A DNA stretch of 23,135 bases from the NCBI RefSeq assembly GCF_011745625.1, contig NW_027191458.1, positions 992,001-1,015,135 of the forward strand, written 5' to 3'. Of the stretch, positions 22,801 through 23,135 are shown one piece after another. Each line of letters begins with the position of its first letter. Within the stretch, counting starts at the first letter, position 1. The position numbers and the translations under genes were made by a program. The stretch is from Cladosporium halotolerans (lineage: Eukaryota). Below the pieces are notes generated by a model that saw only the letters and a program-made list of their open reading frames with translations, was not told the origin of the DNA and did not search any database.

Positions 22801-23109
22801 CTCAGAGTCCGAGAATGGGAGACGCAGTTCCAGCTGACTCCGATGGCCGCCTATTCTCGGTATAACTTTCGCCTCATGATTTGCGGTCCTTCTGAATCTT
22901 GGTTTACCGCTTGCGAAGGGCAACTGCTGCTTTCTACGGACATTCCCTTGCCATATGGCCTACAGAATGGCAGTGTCGAGGGGAAGGGAACAATGATTTC
23001 CCCTGCAGAGATCGATTCGCTTCAGTGTCCTCCGTCCAGAGAGTACACCGACAGTCCATTATGTTCATTATGTTCATTACGTCATGTCATGTTCATCATT
23101 CCGACATGA
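19810..23109 (+). CDS. Iterative type I reducing polyketide synthase, N-terminal part (KS-AT-degenerate DH); incomplete or disrupted at the 3' end
   Basis: KS: EIAIIG, DPQQRLLLE, DTACSS (Cys codon 20332), EAHGTGT, GHLE, NSFGFGG. AT: FVLTGQGAQW, GHSSGE (Ser codon 21673), AFHSHHM, LEVGPHPAL. Linker YPWDHS. DH-type start DLILG...WRNILR. ATG at 19810. Confidence 0.93.
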   Translation: MSISGEEIAIIGTSCRVAGAESPSELWRSMVAGEDWQFNTSARFSGYYDEVNGKTKGLTNVRHAYLLKNGIDRFDNSFFGIAPIEAAAIDPQQRLLLEICWEAFESAGIPLDKLQGSDTAVFAGLFTSDYGTSLLRDVDTTPKYHSTGTSNSIAANRISYFFNLHGPSMVIDTACSSTVTALHQAINTLKAGEAEQAVVCGANLILNPDMFVTMSELGFLSPRGRCHSFDASGDGYARGEGVMAIVLKPLKKAIADNDPIRAVIRGSRLNQDGRTNGITLPSGEAQEENIRKLYASIGVIPDDLDYLEAHGTGTKVGDPIEMNAIERVFANEKRGQKLIAGSVKCHVGHLEACAALIGIIKTIECLERGVVPAQLHLSEPNPKINFEELKIPTSTIPWPAREGRARMAGINSFGFGGANGHVVLQQYMRTHEPDTAPLVKHFLVKVSAETESALTRSREDLATYLSDPSVQIGDVSYTSILRRSLLRKSQFFVASSTTDLVQQLRPETNTNLPAVITSQGTQGHKRIAFVLTGQGAQWAQMGKELLNHCARFSSVIDECDRILSQLPDPPSWTLRNELCLLPSKSNVNSSRYSQPLCTALQLGLISFWQILGIQPVACVGHSSGEISGAYAAGILTLKDAIIIAYYRGIFMSAASAAKPGAMAAISMSAEECIRMLSAYDGKVDLAAVNSPSSCTISGDGSCIDEIVARFKEEGVFCRKLRVDTAFHSHHMLPLAGPYKNALEKAGVSPIRTANSGAHTTMHSSVYGRPVDAAEVTPEYWAKNMTQTVRFCDAVASLAKLENVDAYLEVGPHPALKGPAIDSITNAIGQGNTPEYFSTLTRGVHDTLALFSSVGAMISARIPMAIEGDGAGALGLSHTKHRVLVDYPCYPWDHSTVHWAESRISRTHRFRQHRRDLILGSRVPHDNPLAMCWRNILRTDELQWLDKRSNAGESLLSPSLFLQIAIRASLQIIGDHADDTQIIQLSGIQFHQPPQPVSLRVREWETQFQLTPMAAYSRYNFRLMICGPSESWFTACEGQLLLSTDIPLPYGLQNGSVEGKGTMISPAEIDSLQCPPSREYTDSPLCSLCSLRHVMFIIPT

Positions 23110-23135
23110 TATGAACATGGATGTCTGGGAATGAA
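23057..23135. repeat. Short direct and inverted ATGTTCAT repeats at the window end
   Basis: ATGTTCAT at 23061, 23070 and 23089; inverted copy ATGAACAT at 23111; TCATTCC (23096) and GGAATGA (23128) form an inverted pair. Confidence 0.55.

Overview
Intron-containing fungal genomic DNA from a filamentous ascomycete (Dothideomycete-like by my reading of MCM7; not verified). The left ~12.6 kb is a housekeeping block: GH17 eglC-type glucanase (3'-truncated), DPH4, a C2-domain protein, MCM7, a GT34 glycosyltransferase, MND1 and a lactose/cellodextrin-type sugar porter. The right ~9.2 kb (13935-23135) is the edge of a secondary-metabolite gene cluster: a 6-exon cytochrome P450, a 6-exon MFS transporter, an unannotated 3-exon gene for a small secreted 6-Cys protein with a lipocalin-like C-terminal motif, and, divergent from it, an iterative reducing-type PKS (KS-AT-DH). 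The PKS DH lacks the catalytic His, and its ORF stops in a repeat-rich tail at the window end. The DH-dead PKS paired with the secreted lipocalin-like protein and an atypical P450 is the best candidate for an undescribed system. All exon structures were derived by hand from GT-AG sites, branch points and frame continuity.
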